Assembly (NCBI GenBank): GCA_963764625.1
Contig: CAVXTH010000005.1
Coordinates: 256,001-320,000 of the forward strand
DNA from: Candidatus Krumholzibacteriota bacterium
GTDB lineage: Bacteria > Krumholzibacteriota > Krumholzibacteriia > JAJRXK01
DNA: 64,000 bases
Reading direction: 5' to 3'
Numbering within the stretch: the first letter of the stretch is position 1; every line of letters begins with the position of its first letter. Made by a program: the position numbers and the translations under genes. The notes under the pieces are model-generated. The model was not told the DNA's origin, searched no databases, and saw only the letters and a program-made list of their open reading frames with translations. This document shows, piece after piece, positions 41,429-50,509 of this stretch.

Positions 41429-41854
41429 ATGGATTTCAAGAGAGATGGAAATCGCCTTCTCATGCGCCTGCATCGTGGTGAGAAGATCATGCAGACGGTT
41501 CAGCGATTCGCCGAGGAGCAGAAACTCAAGAACGCGGCGGTGATCGGCATCGGAGCCGCAGAGAATCTCGATTTGGGCTACTGGGACCGCGAGCGTAGGG
41601 AGTACGCCCGGCGCCAATTCGCCGATCCGCACGAGATCCTGAGTCTCTCGGGCAACCTCTCGTGGAAGGACGGAAGCCCCTTCCTCCACGCGCACGTGCT
41701 TCTGGCCAATCGCGACTTCGCCGCGGTGGGGGGCCATCTCTTCGCGGCGACGATCACCGCCACCGCCGAACTCCAGATCTGGCCCGGCGAGTTCGAGCTG
41801 CACCGCGAGATGGACTCAGACGTCGGGATGAAGCTCTGGAACCTGGGCGGCTGA
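41429..41854 (+). CDS. PPC/DUF296 domain protein
   Basis: GIGA, EILSLSGN, HAH and GGHL motifs. Start is ATG 41429. Confidence 0.9.
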   Translation: MDFKRDGNRLLMRLHRGEKIMQTVQRFAEEQKLKNAAVIGIGAAENLDLGYWDRERREYARRQFADPHEILSLSGNLSWKDGSPFLHAHVLLANRDFAAVGGHLFAATITATAELQIWPGEFELHREMDSDVGMKLWNLGG

Positions 41855-41871
41855 GGCCTTATCTTGGATCC

Positions 41872-42780
41872 ATGCGCAGATTCCTTCTGCCTCGTCGGCG
41901 CGGCTCCATCCGAGCGAGCGCGACTTTGCGACTCTGCCGCCGCGCCGGCGCCGGCTCGTGGCGGGGAGCGGTGGGGCTTGTTCTGCTCGGGATTTTCCTG
42001 CCTCTGCTCAACGCCTCCTCCTGCAGTCCGAGCTCGAGCGACGCCACCATCATCCCCGCGGGCCTGAAGATCCAGAACGCGCTGCCCGCCTTTCCCACCG
42101 TAGAGCAGCCCGACTACGTGTTGTTCGACGTTCCGTTCCCGACCTCACTGCGGCTCGATCTGAATCAGATCGCGAGCCCGGACGAGATCACCCTGAGCTT
42201 CTGGCCGCCGATCGAGGATGGTTGGAAAAAGCGCGCCAGTACTACCTCGGCCATCTTCTGGATCGACGACTTCACACCGGACCCGAGCACCGAGTTTCAA
42301 CGCATTCTCATCGACGGCCCTCGCTTCACGCATCCCTGGCTGTGGGAGTTCCTGGTGAAAGAACGGAGCACGCCTTCGGCCGAGATCTTCGCCATGTGCT
42401 ACCAGCGCCAGGCAATTGGTCCTTCACCTCAGTGGGCTCTTCTGCTCTTCTACGACTTCGCGACCGCACGCGACATCACGACTCCCGGCGATCTCTTCTC
42501 GCTCCAGGCGGCGACGGTGGATCTCGCGAGCGTCGAACAGTCGGCCGCGGGCGAGCGCCGCTACGTTCAGTCCGTGGACGGTCTCGTGCCGGGAGAGTTC
42601 TACGCCATGGGGGTCATTCTCGACAGCAACAACGACGGTATCTACGACCCGCAAGTCGACTGGTGGGGAATAGCGACCGAGGGATTGACCTCCTTGATTC
42701 CGACCTTCGTGCCAGCCTCTGTCGACCCCACCAACGTCCAGATTCTCGAAGCGGAATTGCGCCGGCCGCCGGCGTATTGA
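41872..42780 (+). CDS. Hypothetical exported protein or lipoprotein
   Basis: Hydrophobic segment followed by SSC; EF-hand-like DSNNDGIYD near the C-terminus. Start uncertain. Confidence 0.65.
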   Translation: MRRFLLPRRRGSIRASATLRLCRRAGAGSWRGAVGLVLLGIFLPLLNASSCSPSSSDATIIPAGLKIQNALPAFPTVEQPDYVLFDVPFPTSLRLDLNQIASPDEITLSFWPPIEDGWKKRASTTSAIFWIDDFTPDPSTEFQRILIDGPRFTHPWLWEFLVKERSTPSAEIFAMCYQRQAIGPSPQWALLLFYDFATARDITTPGDLFSLQAATVDLASVEQSAAGERRYVQSVDGLVPGEFYAMGVILDSNNDGIYDPQVDWWGIATEGLTSLIPTFVPASVDPTNVQILEAELRRPPAY

Positions 42781-42797
42781 GAGGTGCTCCTCAGTTC

Positions 42798-43790
42798 TCA
42801 CGGACTGTCCCGCTCTTGCTCGGAGTCATCCTCCGCATCCATCTCGGACAGGCGGCGTCGATTGCGGTAGACGGTGCGCGCATAGCCCGCGAGAAAGAGA
42901 AGCGTCATCAGCCCAAAGAGCGAAGCCACCTGCGAGACGGCGGCGATCCACCCGTAACGGGAGTCGAGGCTCTCGTCGAAGGAGAGCGCGAACGCGTGCA
43001 CGGTGGAACCGGTGAGGCGCAGAAAGGCCTCATCGAAACGCTCGCCCCCCGCAACCGCGTCGACCAGCGCCCGCCAGCCCCCCTGGTCGCGGAGACGATC
43101 CTCCAGAGAGAGAACGGCGGAAAGACTCAACGCATAGGCCTGCCGAGCGGCGAGTCCTCCGCGGGGAAACGCGACTTCGATGCGCTCCAACGCGGGTAAT
43201 TCGTTCGACACCGCCCCGCGCACCAGAGCGTAGGTATCCAGCCAACGCCACTCGCCCGACTGCGCCTGCGCCACGCCCTCGACGAACCAGCGCGGGAGAG
43301 ACACGTTCGCGCCGACCCTCTGTCCGAGATACGCGTGGGAGAGCTCGTGCCGCAGGATTTCGGGGAGGCCCTTGGCTCCGGTGGCTACCGCGTCCGCATC
43401 CAAAACGATGGGACCTGCGGGCCAGTTGGTGAACCCCACTCCCCACTCGGGAATCAGGCCGTTGGCCCAAGGACGGAACGTACCGCCACTCAACACGACG
43501 ATCTCCACCGATCGCGGCGCGCGCAGCCCCAGCTCCGCTGCAATCGGAGGGGCAATTTTGGGCCAGAGTTCGACGATGCCGTCGACCATTTTGCCCAGGC
43601 CCTTCTCGGCCCGAATGTTGACCGGTGGAGGTCCGCTGACCCGGTGCAGTGGGGTGCGATCCCCTTGCCCCCACGCGCTGACCACCGAAGAGAGCGCCAG
43701 GAGAGCTGAAACGAATCCGATTCGCAGAGGACCTCGAACCCTGGCACCAACGCGCGCGGGCGCGGCGACCGATCGCAAGGACGCAATCAC
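42798..43790 (-). CDS. Peptidase MA-like (HExxH) metallohydrolase with C-terminal TM
   Basis: PEWGVG, LRHELSH, PRWFVEGVA and AYALS motifs. Start uncertain. Confidence 0.85.
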   Translation of the reverse strand: MIASLRSVAAPARVGARVRGPLRIGFVSALLALSSVVSAWGQGDRTPLHRVSGPPPVNIRAEKGLGKMVDGIVELWPKIAPPIAAELGLRAPRSVEIVVLSGGTFRPWANGLIPEWGVGFTNWPAGPIVLDADAVATGAKGLPEILRHELSHAYLGQRVGANVSLPRWFVEGVAQAQSGEWRWLDTYALVRGAVSNELPALERIEVAFPRGGLAARQAYALSLSAVLSLEDRLRDQGGWRALVDAVAGGERFDEAFLRLTGSTVHAFALSFDESLDSRYGWIAAVSQVASLFGLMTLLFLAGYARTVYRNRRRLSEMDAEDDSEQERDSP

Positions 43791-43804
43791 GCGCGAGCCA
43801 CCAG

Positions 43805-44812
43805 TCAGCCTTGACTCGAGGATGCGGCGCCGACCGCGGTCCGTAGGAAGTGCAGGATTTCGCGCCAAGCTTTCTCCGATGCCGCCAGCTCCTCTTGGGA
43901 ATGGAGTGCTGGATCATCCCAGAAGAGGAACCCGTGCGCCCCCTCCGGATACACGCGCAAGAGGTCCTGCGTGCGGCCGGCTTTGTCCAGGGCCGCCTTC
44001 ATGGTCCGCGCCTGGTCCTGGGGAACGATGCGGTCCTTTCCCCCTTGCACCAACATGATGGGCGCGGGACCGAGTTGATCGATCAAACTGAGCGCCTGTC
44101 TTTTCGCGAACGCTTCGGGCTTGTCCTGCGGGCCGGTTCCGTAGACGCGAACGCTGAGGGAGTCACTCGTATCGAAGTCGTTGTCGAGGAGGTACTGATA
44201 CCAGGAGTAGATGTCCATCACGCCGTAGGCCGCCACGACACCGTGCAGGAGTTTCTTGCCCAGAGGACGCGCCGCGACTTTGACCGAGATGAGAGCGCCA
44301 TGGCTGGTTCCCAGCATGACGAACTTTCCCGGATCCACGCCCGGATGAGTTTCCAGCAGCTTCATCGCGGCCAAGACGTCGTCGACCTCCCCTTCGGCGA
44401 CTTCCACCCGCCCCTGGCTGCCATCCTCACCCCGGTAACTGGGAGCGAACACCAGAAAGCCCTGCTTGGCGAGCCAGCGACACTTGGCCTTCACCGCCTC
44501 GGAAACCCCATTCACCCCGCCGTGATTGAAGATGAGACAGGGCTCGACCTCGAGTTGGCTGTAGGGAGCGATGAAGAGATAGCCGGTCACGCGCAGCTCG
44601 TCGCTGGCATAGCCCAGATACGCTTCCTCCACGCTGTCGGTCATGGCGTGAGAGAGAAGCGAGAAGCCTTCCTCGACAGGAGCGCTCGAGCCGGGCCGGT
44701 GTTTCTTGCCCTGCTCCACCTTGCACGCGAAGAGGGACAGGACGAAGAGAAGGAAGATCCAGCGCCTCGCGAGCTGGCGCGTTTTGCGGGCGGGAATCGA
44801 CCGGTCTTCCAT
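43805..44812 (-). CDS. S9/alpha-beta hydrolase family lipoprotein
   Basis: Lipobox LFAC; NHGG, YRGEDGS, nucleophile GTSHG, QGGKD and HGF motifs. Confidence 0.88.
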   Translation of the reverse strand: MEDRSIPARKTRQLARRWIFLLFVLSLFACKVEQGKKHRPGSSAPVEEGFSLLSHAMTDSVEEAYLGYASDELRVTGYLFIAPYSQLEVEPCLIFNHGGVNGVSEAVKAKCRWLAKQGFLVFAPSYRGEDGSQGRVEVAEGEVDDVLAAMKLLETHPGVDPGKFVMLGTSHGALISVKVAARPLGKKLLHGVVAAYGVMDIYSWYQYLLDNDFDTSDSLSVRVYGTGPQDKPEAFAKRQALSLIDQLGPAPIMLVQGGKDRIVPQDQARTMKAALDKAGRTQDLLRVYPEGAHGFLFWDDPALHSQEELAASEKAWREILHFLRTAVGAASSSQG

Positions 44813-45153
44813 TCTGACTCTCTCCTCTTTTGGCCGCGCGGAGCCACGAGCTGCTTCCTCATGGTTCATGAGGTGGAAAATCATACTCCAGATGGCGTTT
44901 CCTCTCCACGGAAGGAACGAAACTCCCGTTGTGGACGGTACCGCACAGAGGCTCGGAATCCGCCCTAAGAGCACGGGTTGAGCGCAGGGTCGAGAAACCG
45001 GCGAGCTACTTGCTTCTTGGGATCAGATCGAGTCGGTCGCACACTCCTTTCGATCGAGCTTCGGAGGAAGCGTGCGTCGCGGCTCCTCTCGTCCATCGTC
45101 GGCTCACGAGCCGCAAGTACGTGTCGAAAGCACAGCCTTGAAAGTGGCTCATC

Positions 45154-46527
45154 ATGCGCCAAAGTCTATTCGTCTTCCTGGCATTTCTCTTCTTGCTCGC
45201 GCCGAGCACGGCGTCCGCGCAGGGTTATGATGCCCGGAGCATGGCCATGGGTGGGGTGAATCTCGATCAGGGCTCTGGACGTCTGGCCCGCATCAATCCA
45301 GCGTACCGTGCCGTTCCACCGCGCGTCTCGAAGAAGACCACCTCGATTCCGGTGCCAATCGGAGTCATCCAGTTCATCAAGTACTTCCCCGAGCTCGATC
45401 CCGATAGCGAGGACTTCAGCGCCATCGGCATCATCAATTTCATCTCGAACATCCCCTGGGCCTGGGAGTTCCAGCAGCCACGCGATCCCAGCGAGGGAAT
45501 CGAGATTTGGCTGGGCCAAGACCAGCTCGCGTTCGACCTGAAGGATGCGCGGGAAATCATTCCACGTGACGGTTACACCATGGGTAGCATGAGCAGTCCG
45601 GTCGATCTCGGCTTCAACTTTGGGCTGGGGGAAAAGGCGGGGCTTTTGCACCTGAGTCTCATGCGGCCGTTTCTGCAAACTCAGATCGATTTCACGATGG
45701 ACGACAAGCTGGTGGGAATCCTCGCCGATGCTCAGCCGGTCACGCCGTCTACCGACTACACCGCGAGTGCGAATGCACTCATGCAGGCCGGATTCAGCAG
45801 TGGTCTCGCCTGGGCGGTACCCTTGCATGAAGAGGGCAACGGTGGCACCGACGGAGAGGGCGGCGGTCTCTGGTTCGGCGCGGGCTACCGGCACTATTTC
45901 GGCGGGGGCTACGTACAGCTCGACGGAGATTTGGGTCTGCGCAGCGGTGACCCCATCTTTTCCACCGCCGGCACCGACACTTTCGACGCCACCTTCAAGG
46001 CCGACTACCAGCGCGCCTGGCCCAACAGCGTGAGCAGCGTGGGCTACGGGAACGCCATCGACCTGGGAGCGGTGTGGCGCTCGGGGAGACTGGAACTCGG
46101 AGCCGGCGTGGCGGACATCTTCGCGAACCTCACCTGGAAGAACACGCAACTCGATCACTCGTATCTCGATCCGGACTTCAATGAGGTCGTCACCGAAAAC
46201 GTCGCGGAACACTTCGTGAGCACCACGGAGATTCCCGTGAGCTGGATGACCAATGCGAGCTGGTTGGGCGATTCCTATCTGCTGGCCGCGAGCGTGGTGC
46301 AGCAACCCGGCGGGCTGAGTCTTCACGGAGGGGCCGAGGTCTGGGTCAACCCCTGGCTGGCGCTTCGAGGAGGACTCTCGCGCGATCAACGCAGCCGTTT
46401 GCAGGCCGGCTGGGGAGCGGGATTCCGCATGGGCCCCTGGGGAATCGACGCCGGATTCCAGACGCACAACCTCGGCCTGACCGATGCCCGCGGCGTCTCG
46501 CTGGGCCTCGCGGTCACGCTTTACTAG
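45154..46527 (+). CDS. Outer-membrane beta-barrel (FadL/PorV/DUF5723-like)
   Basis: Signal peptide, ARSMAMGG plug motif, NPA, beta-strands and terminal Tyr. Confidence 0.8.
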   Translation: MRQSLFVFLAFLFLLAPSTASAQGYDARSMAMGGVNLDQGSGRLARINPAYRAVPPRVSKKTTSIPVPIGVIQFIKYFPELDPDSEDFSAIGIINFISNIPWAWEFQQPRDPSEGIEIWLGQDQLAFDLKDAREIIPRDGYTMGSMSSPVDLGFNFGLGEKAGLLHLSLMRPFLQTQIDFTMDDKLVGILADAQPVTPSTDYTASANALMQAGFSSGLAWAVPLHEEGNGGTDGEGGGLWFGAGYRHYFGGGYVQLDGDLGLRSGDPIFSTAGTDTFDATFKADYQRAWPNSVSSVGYGNAIDLGAVWRSGRLELGAGVADIFANLTWKNTQLDHSYLDPDFNEVVTENVAEHFVSTTEIPVSWMTNASWLGDSYLLAASVVQQPGGLSLHGGAEVWVNPWLALRGGLSRDQRSRLQAGWGAGFRMGPWGIDAGFQTHNLGLTDARGVSLGLAVTLY

Positions 46528-46538
46528 GGATGCGCGCC

Positions 46539-47138
46539 ATGAAAAAACCGATTCATCACCGTCCCAAGCTCTCGCGCGCGCTCCTCGCCTGCGCCGCCAT
46601 CCTGCTTACGGCGTGTGCCGGCGGGACCATCATTCTCAATCTCGACATTCTCAGCTTCATTCCCGAGCAGGATTTGAACACGAGTTACTCGGCAACCGTT
46701 CCGGGAACCGGAACCTGGATCCCGGTAGTGGGCCTGATTCCCCCCACCAAGATCGATCTCCTCGAGGGTTTGGGAACCGCGGCCCTCATGCAGGAAGGGA
46801 CCCTCCATCTCGAGGGTGAGTTCGACAATCAGAGTGGACAGGCCGATGTGCGGCTCGATCTCTTCCTGGGAGCCACCGCGGCTGGCGCCACCGCGAGCAT
46901 GACCCCGGTCATGAGCATCCCGGTCTCGGTGCAGGACCAGACCGTGACTCCCGTGAGCGGAAGCACCCAGCTCGACCAGGCCACCCTCGACCTCTTCAGC
47001 GGCAACGAAATCTGGCTCCGCGTGGATGTCTACGCGCGGGTGCCGGGCGGCCCCAGTCTCGTGAACCTCTCCGGCACCGCAAGTCTCACCGAGCTGAACG
47101 CACGCCTGCTCGCCAAGGAAGATCTGATCCGGCAGTAG
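46539..47138 (+). CDS. Hypothetical beta-rich lipoprotein
   Basis: Lipobox LTAC; lies immediately downstream of the barrel gene. Confidence 0.8.
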   Translation: MKKPIHHRPKLSRALLACAAILLTACAGGTIILNLDILSFIPEQDLNTSYSATVPGTGTWIPVVGLIPPTKIDLLEGLGTAALMQEGTLHLEGEFDNQSGQADVRLDLFLGATAAGATASMTPVMSIPVSVQDQTVTPVSGSTQLDQATLDLFSGNEIWLRVDVYARVPGGPSLVNLSGTASLTELNARLLAKEDLIRQ

Positions 47139-47139
47139 G

Positions 47140-47413
47140 AAGCATGAGGGGACGTGAGTCGCATCAGGATCCGCCTTCTCGGCCAAGGGGGAGGTCCCAG
47201 TCCCCCATTCGACCAGCGGAACCCCATCGAGTACGACCTAGGGCCTCACCACGCCCAGCGAGCTTCCCCAGGCGAGCTACCGGCGGCGCCCGTGTGCCAG
47301 CCTGCTCGTGACCCGATGCCGCGAACTCACATCCCCTCGGGGCTCAAGAGCCTGACATTCAAGGTTTCGTGGCTATCAAGAGAAGGCCGGGACCCTGTCT
47401 TCAGGATCCCGGC
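47140..47413 (-). ncRNA. Candidate structured non-coding RNA (~270 nt), unassigned
   Basis: Long-range stem 47338-47325 with 47159-47146, nested hairpins whose mismatches become G-U pairs only on the minus strand, a 5' hairpin at 47413-47386, and an upstream promoter-like motif. Confidence 0.55.
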
Positions 47414-47419
47414 TTCGTT

Positions 47420-47448
47420 AGTTTAGTACTTTCGAAGTCCTTTTTCCA
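47420..47448 (-). promoter_or_regulatory. Putative promoter for the ncRNA candidate
   Basis: TGGAAA (47448-47443), 17-nt spacer, TAAACT (47425-47420). Predicted +1 is near 47413. Confidence 0.4.
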
Positions 47449-47470
47449 GAGCTTCGGGGTCCCTCGCGGG

Positions 47471-47500
47471 AAAAAAGGCCCCCTGCGCTCAAAGGGATCT
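47471..47500 (-). terminator. Intrinsic terminator of the ECF/DUF4252 operon
   Basis: AGAUCCCUUUG-AGCG-CAGGGGGCC followed by U6. Confidence 0.65.
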
Positions 47501-47503
47501 CGC

Positions 47504-48139
47504 CTACTTGTCCGTGTCCTTGGCGCCCTTCAGGTCCTTGGCGTCGAGCTGCTCGAGCATGGGAAGGTCGAAGTGCTTGCCCAGCTTGCTGAGCTGCGCG
47601 AAGTCGATACTTCCCACCACGTTCACGAACACCGCTTCCAGTCCGTCGCCGTCTTCATAGTGGATTTCGCTATCCTTGTCGCCCATTCCCAGAAGCGCGA
47701 CGCCATTGAGCAGGGGCGCCCCCTTCGTTCCCCCCTTCTCGTCGAGCTTCACCATGATGTTCCAGGTCTCGCCTTCCTTCCTCACCTTCACCACTGAGTT
47801 CCAACCCTCGGCAGCCAACTTAGTTCCAATCTCTTCGAGGCTCGCCGAGAGGGCCTTCCCCTCGCTGATCGGGTAGGAGAAGACGTTGACCTGTAGGAGC
47901 TTCAGCCCCCCCAGCATCTCCGCCATCTGGGGATCGTCCTCCACCACGGCCCAACGAGCCAGGCTGAGCAAGGGCTGGGTGAGGGAGATCTCCACCACGC
48001 TCTTCCCCTGGTCGAAGGACTTGAAGCGTCCGAGATCGATGTAGCCGGGTTCGCCCGAGAGGTTGTTCTGGTTCGATCCGGCATACGCCACGGGGGCGAG
48101 AAAAACCACGATCGCCAGAGCGAGAAGACATTTACGCAT
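47504..48139 (-). CDS. DUF4252 domain-containing periplasmic protein
   Basis: Signal peptide; PGYIDL, VEISL, GLKLLQVNVF, GWNSVVKVR and FVNVVGSID..QLSKLG motifs. Confidence 0.88.
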   Translation of the reverse strand: MRKCLLALAIVVFLAPVAYAGSNQNNLSGEPGYIDLGRFKSFDQGKSVVEISLTQPLLSLARWAVVEDDPQMAEMLGGLKLLQVNVFSYPISEGKALSASLEEIGTKLAAEGWNSVVKVRKEGETWNIMVKLDEKGGTKGAPLLNGVALLGMGDKDSEIHYEDGDGLEAVFVNVVGSIDFAQLSKLGKHFDLPMLEQLDAKDLKGAKDTDK

Positions 48140-48172
48140 GACATGCTCTCCGATGGTTGTGGCGGCCATGGA

Positions 48173-48730
48173 TCAGCCGCCGTTGCTGGAATTCGTAACA
48201 CCAGGCGCGGGCGATACGCCTGAAGCTTCGAGTCCCATTCTCATGGTATCGGCAACGCGTTTACGGGTTTCGTTTCGCAGAACGCGCTCCGTCGAATGCA
48301 TGGCCATCCCCATGAGGGTCAAGGCCGTGCGAACATCCTCGGCTGCCGCACAGAGCGTCGTATCGTCGTACGCAATTTGCGCGCGATCCGTGGCTTTGAG
48401 GCGCCGGAAAATCTCTTGCAGATCCAGCTCACAGGGCGTGGACGTAGTATCGGACGGGGCGATGGCCACTCGAGTGGCTTCATCCGTGGGTAGATTGGAA
48501 GGCTCTTGGGGCGCGAGACGAAACAGCACGAAGAGAATCAAGACGAGTGCCGCGGCGGGAAGGATTACGGGCCGCAGACGCAGGAATGCCCACCACTGTC
48601 GAACGCGAGAAATCTCTCCCTGCGGCTCGGCATCGACTCTGGCCATGATGCGGTCGACCAGTTCCTCGGGACACCGAGGCGGCTCGTAGTCGCGCAGGCT
48701 TTCCTTGAAGAACTTCTCGTCGCCGTTCAC
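48173..48730 (-). CDS. Putative single-TM anti-sigma factor
   Basis: Overlaps the ECF stop (GTGA); short cytoplasmic N-terminus (CPEELVDRIMARV), one TM segment and a periplasmic tail. Confidence 0.75.
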   Translation of the reverse strand: MNGDEKFFKESLRDYEPPRCPEELVDRIMARVDAEPQGEISRVRQWWAFLRLRPVILPAAALVLILFVLFRLAPQEPSNLPTDEATRVAIAPSDTTSTPCELDLQEIFRRLKATDRAQIAYDDTTLCAAAEDVRTALTLMGMAMHSTERVLRNETRKRVADTMRMGLEASGVSPAPGVTNSSNGG

Positions 48731-49302
48731 GCCTGCGCCTCCTTGGGCTCTTCGAACATTTGCCGTACTCTCTTGCGTGCGCGATGGAGACTTACTTTCA
48801 CCGCGGAAAGCGAGAGCTCCGTCACCGAGGCGATCTCCTCGTAGCTGAACCCCTGTAGCTCTCGCAAGATGATGATCGAGCGTTGGGGTTCGTTCAATTT
48901 TTGCATCGCGCGCACGATACGACGCACCTCGCTTTGGTCCTCGATCTCGCGGGCGCCGGCCCCCTCATCGCTGAGGTCGAACGAAAGCTCTCGCCCTGAA
49001 CCCCCATCGAACTCCCGAGGCGAGCCGACGCCCAGGCTGATCTGGCTGGGGTCAGCCTGGTGACGCCGGCGAACCTTGCGCCTCCGTAGGCGGTCCAGGC
49101 AGGCATTCCGGCAGACCCTCAGCAACCACGCCGGCCGTGACTCCGCCTCGACCTCATCCCCTCTCCGCCAGAGCTTCAGAAAGACGTCCTGCACCACATC
49201 CTGCGCGTCTTCGTTCGAGTTGAGCAGATGCACCGCCAGTCCAAAGACGGCGTCCTTCTGCTCTCGCAGGAGACGGTTGAATACGGGGCGATCCATCTTC
49301 AT
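48727..49302 (-). CDS. ECF RNA polymerase sigma factor
   Basis: DAQDVVQDVFLKLW, WLLRVCRNACLD and SYEEIA...VKVSLHRARK motifs. Start is 49302 or 49296. Confidence 0.95.
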   Translation of the reverse strand: MKMDRPVFNRLLREQKDAVFGLAVHLLNSNEDAQDVVQDVFLKLWRRGDEVEAESRPAWLLRVCRNACLDRLRRRKVRRRHQADPSQISLGVGSPREFDGGSGRELSFDLSDEGAGAREIEDQSEVRRIVRAMQKLNEPQRSIIILRELQGFSYEEIASVTELSLSAVKVSLHRARKRVRQMFEEPKEAQA

Positions 49303-49317
49303 CTGCCATTCATTAAC

Positions 49318-49345
49318 TAGACGCGCCAGCCCGCAGGGGGTTACA
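49318..49345 (-). promoter_or_regulatory. ECF-type autoregulatory promoter
   Basis: TGTAAC (49345-49340), 16-nt spacer, CGTCTA (49323-49318), just upstream of the ECF start. Confidence 0.75.
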
Positions 49346-49506
49346 GCCCTGCACCCGGGGTCCGGGCTCCTCAACCATCACTTTTCCCCGGAGACTGCCT
49401 CTGGTACTATCCCTGTCCCGGACGAGAAACGATCGCAGCCACTGCGTCCGATGGGTTCTTTGCTCGGGCCCGTTCCTGCAATCCGATCTCAGGCTTACGG
49501 AAAATC

Positions 49507-50488
49507 ATGGAACCGAGTTCTCAAGAAGCGTTCGAATTTCTCGACTTGGAGCCTCAATCGTCCGATTTACTCGACGATGCGCTCAACGGGCTCTCCTCCA
49601 CCCCAAAGTACCTGCCGTGCAAGTACTTCTATGATGAGCGGGGGAGCCAGCTCTTCGAACAGATCAGTGAGCTGCCCCAATATTACCTCACCCGGAGCGA
49701 ACTCGAAGTCATGAGGAATTCCTCGGCCACCATCGCCGAGCACCTGGGGCCTGGTTGCATGGTCATCGAGCTCGGCAGTGGCAACAGCCTGAAGACCCGC
49801 TGTCTTCTCAACGAGCTGCGAGCTCCGGCGGCCTACGTACCGGTGGAGATCAGCCGCAACGCCCTGCGCCAATCGTGCGCCCGCCTGCATCAGGAGTATC
49901 CCAAGCTGGAGCTTCTTCCGGTGTGCGTGGATTTCACTAAGCCCTTTCCTTTGCCCACCCCCAGGGTCGAACCGCGTCGAAAGGTGATCTACTTTCCGGG
50001 GTCAACGATCGGAAATTTCACCCCCAAGCAGGTCATCCCACTGTTGGAAATCATGGTGAGCGCTCTGGGAAGGGGCGGAGCCCTGGTCCTGGGGATCGAC
50101 CTCAAGAAAGACCCGCGAGTTCTCCATCGGGCCTACAACGATGCCCGTGGCATCACCGCCGCGTTCAACTTGAACTTGCTGGTTCGTCTCAACCGCGAGC
50201 TCGGAGCCGACTTTGAGCTCGATTGTTTTCGACACTATGCCTTTTACAATCCGCCCAAGAGCCGCATCGAAATGCACCTCGTTTCTACCCGCGACCAGAG
50301 TGTGATGAGTACAAGGGGAACAATTCGATTTCGGACGCGGTGAGAGCATTCGTACCGAGTACTCATACAAGTACGATCCGGTTTCGTTTGCTGAGTTGGC
50401 GCGCGACACCGGCTTTCGAATGGTCGACCACTGGACCGATCGCCACCGGCACTTCGGAGTACTCCAACTCGAGGTGGCCGACGACTGA
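49507..50488 (+). CDS. egtD: L-histidine N-alpha-methyltransferase EgtD; +1 frameshift at ~50335
   Basis: KYFYDERGS.LF, YYLTR.E, ELGSG, FPGSTIGNF, AYND..GITAAFNLN and RIEMHL motifs. ESIRTEYSYKY continues in the +1 frame to TGA at 50488. Confidence 0.93.
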
Positions 50489-50509
50489 CCCCTGGAAGGA
50501 TCCACAAAC

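Noticed and set aside
47350-47405. Hammerhead-like words CUGAAGA...CGAAAC...GUC on the minus strand
   Set aside because: Stems I, II and III do not form in the required register (C opposite C at the base of stem II), and CUGAAGA is sequestered in a 12-bp hairpin.
47374-47416. SAM-I riboswitch-like start TATCAAGAG on the plus strand
   Set aside because: It lacks the GAGGGA kink-turn and GCAAC, and there is no downstream plus-strand gene.
47154-47426. 90-aa plus-strand ORF in the intergenic gap
   Set aside because: Pro/Arg-rich with no recognisable motif, and it overlaps the structured element on the opposite strand.
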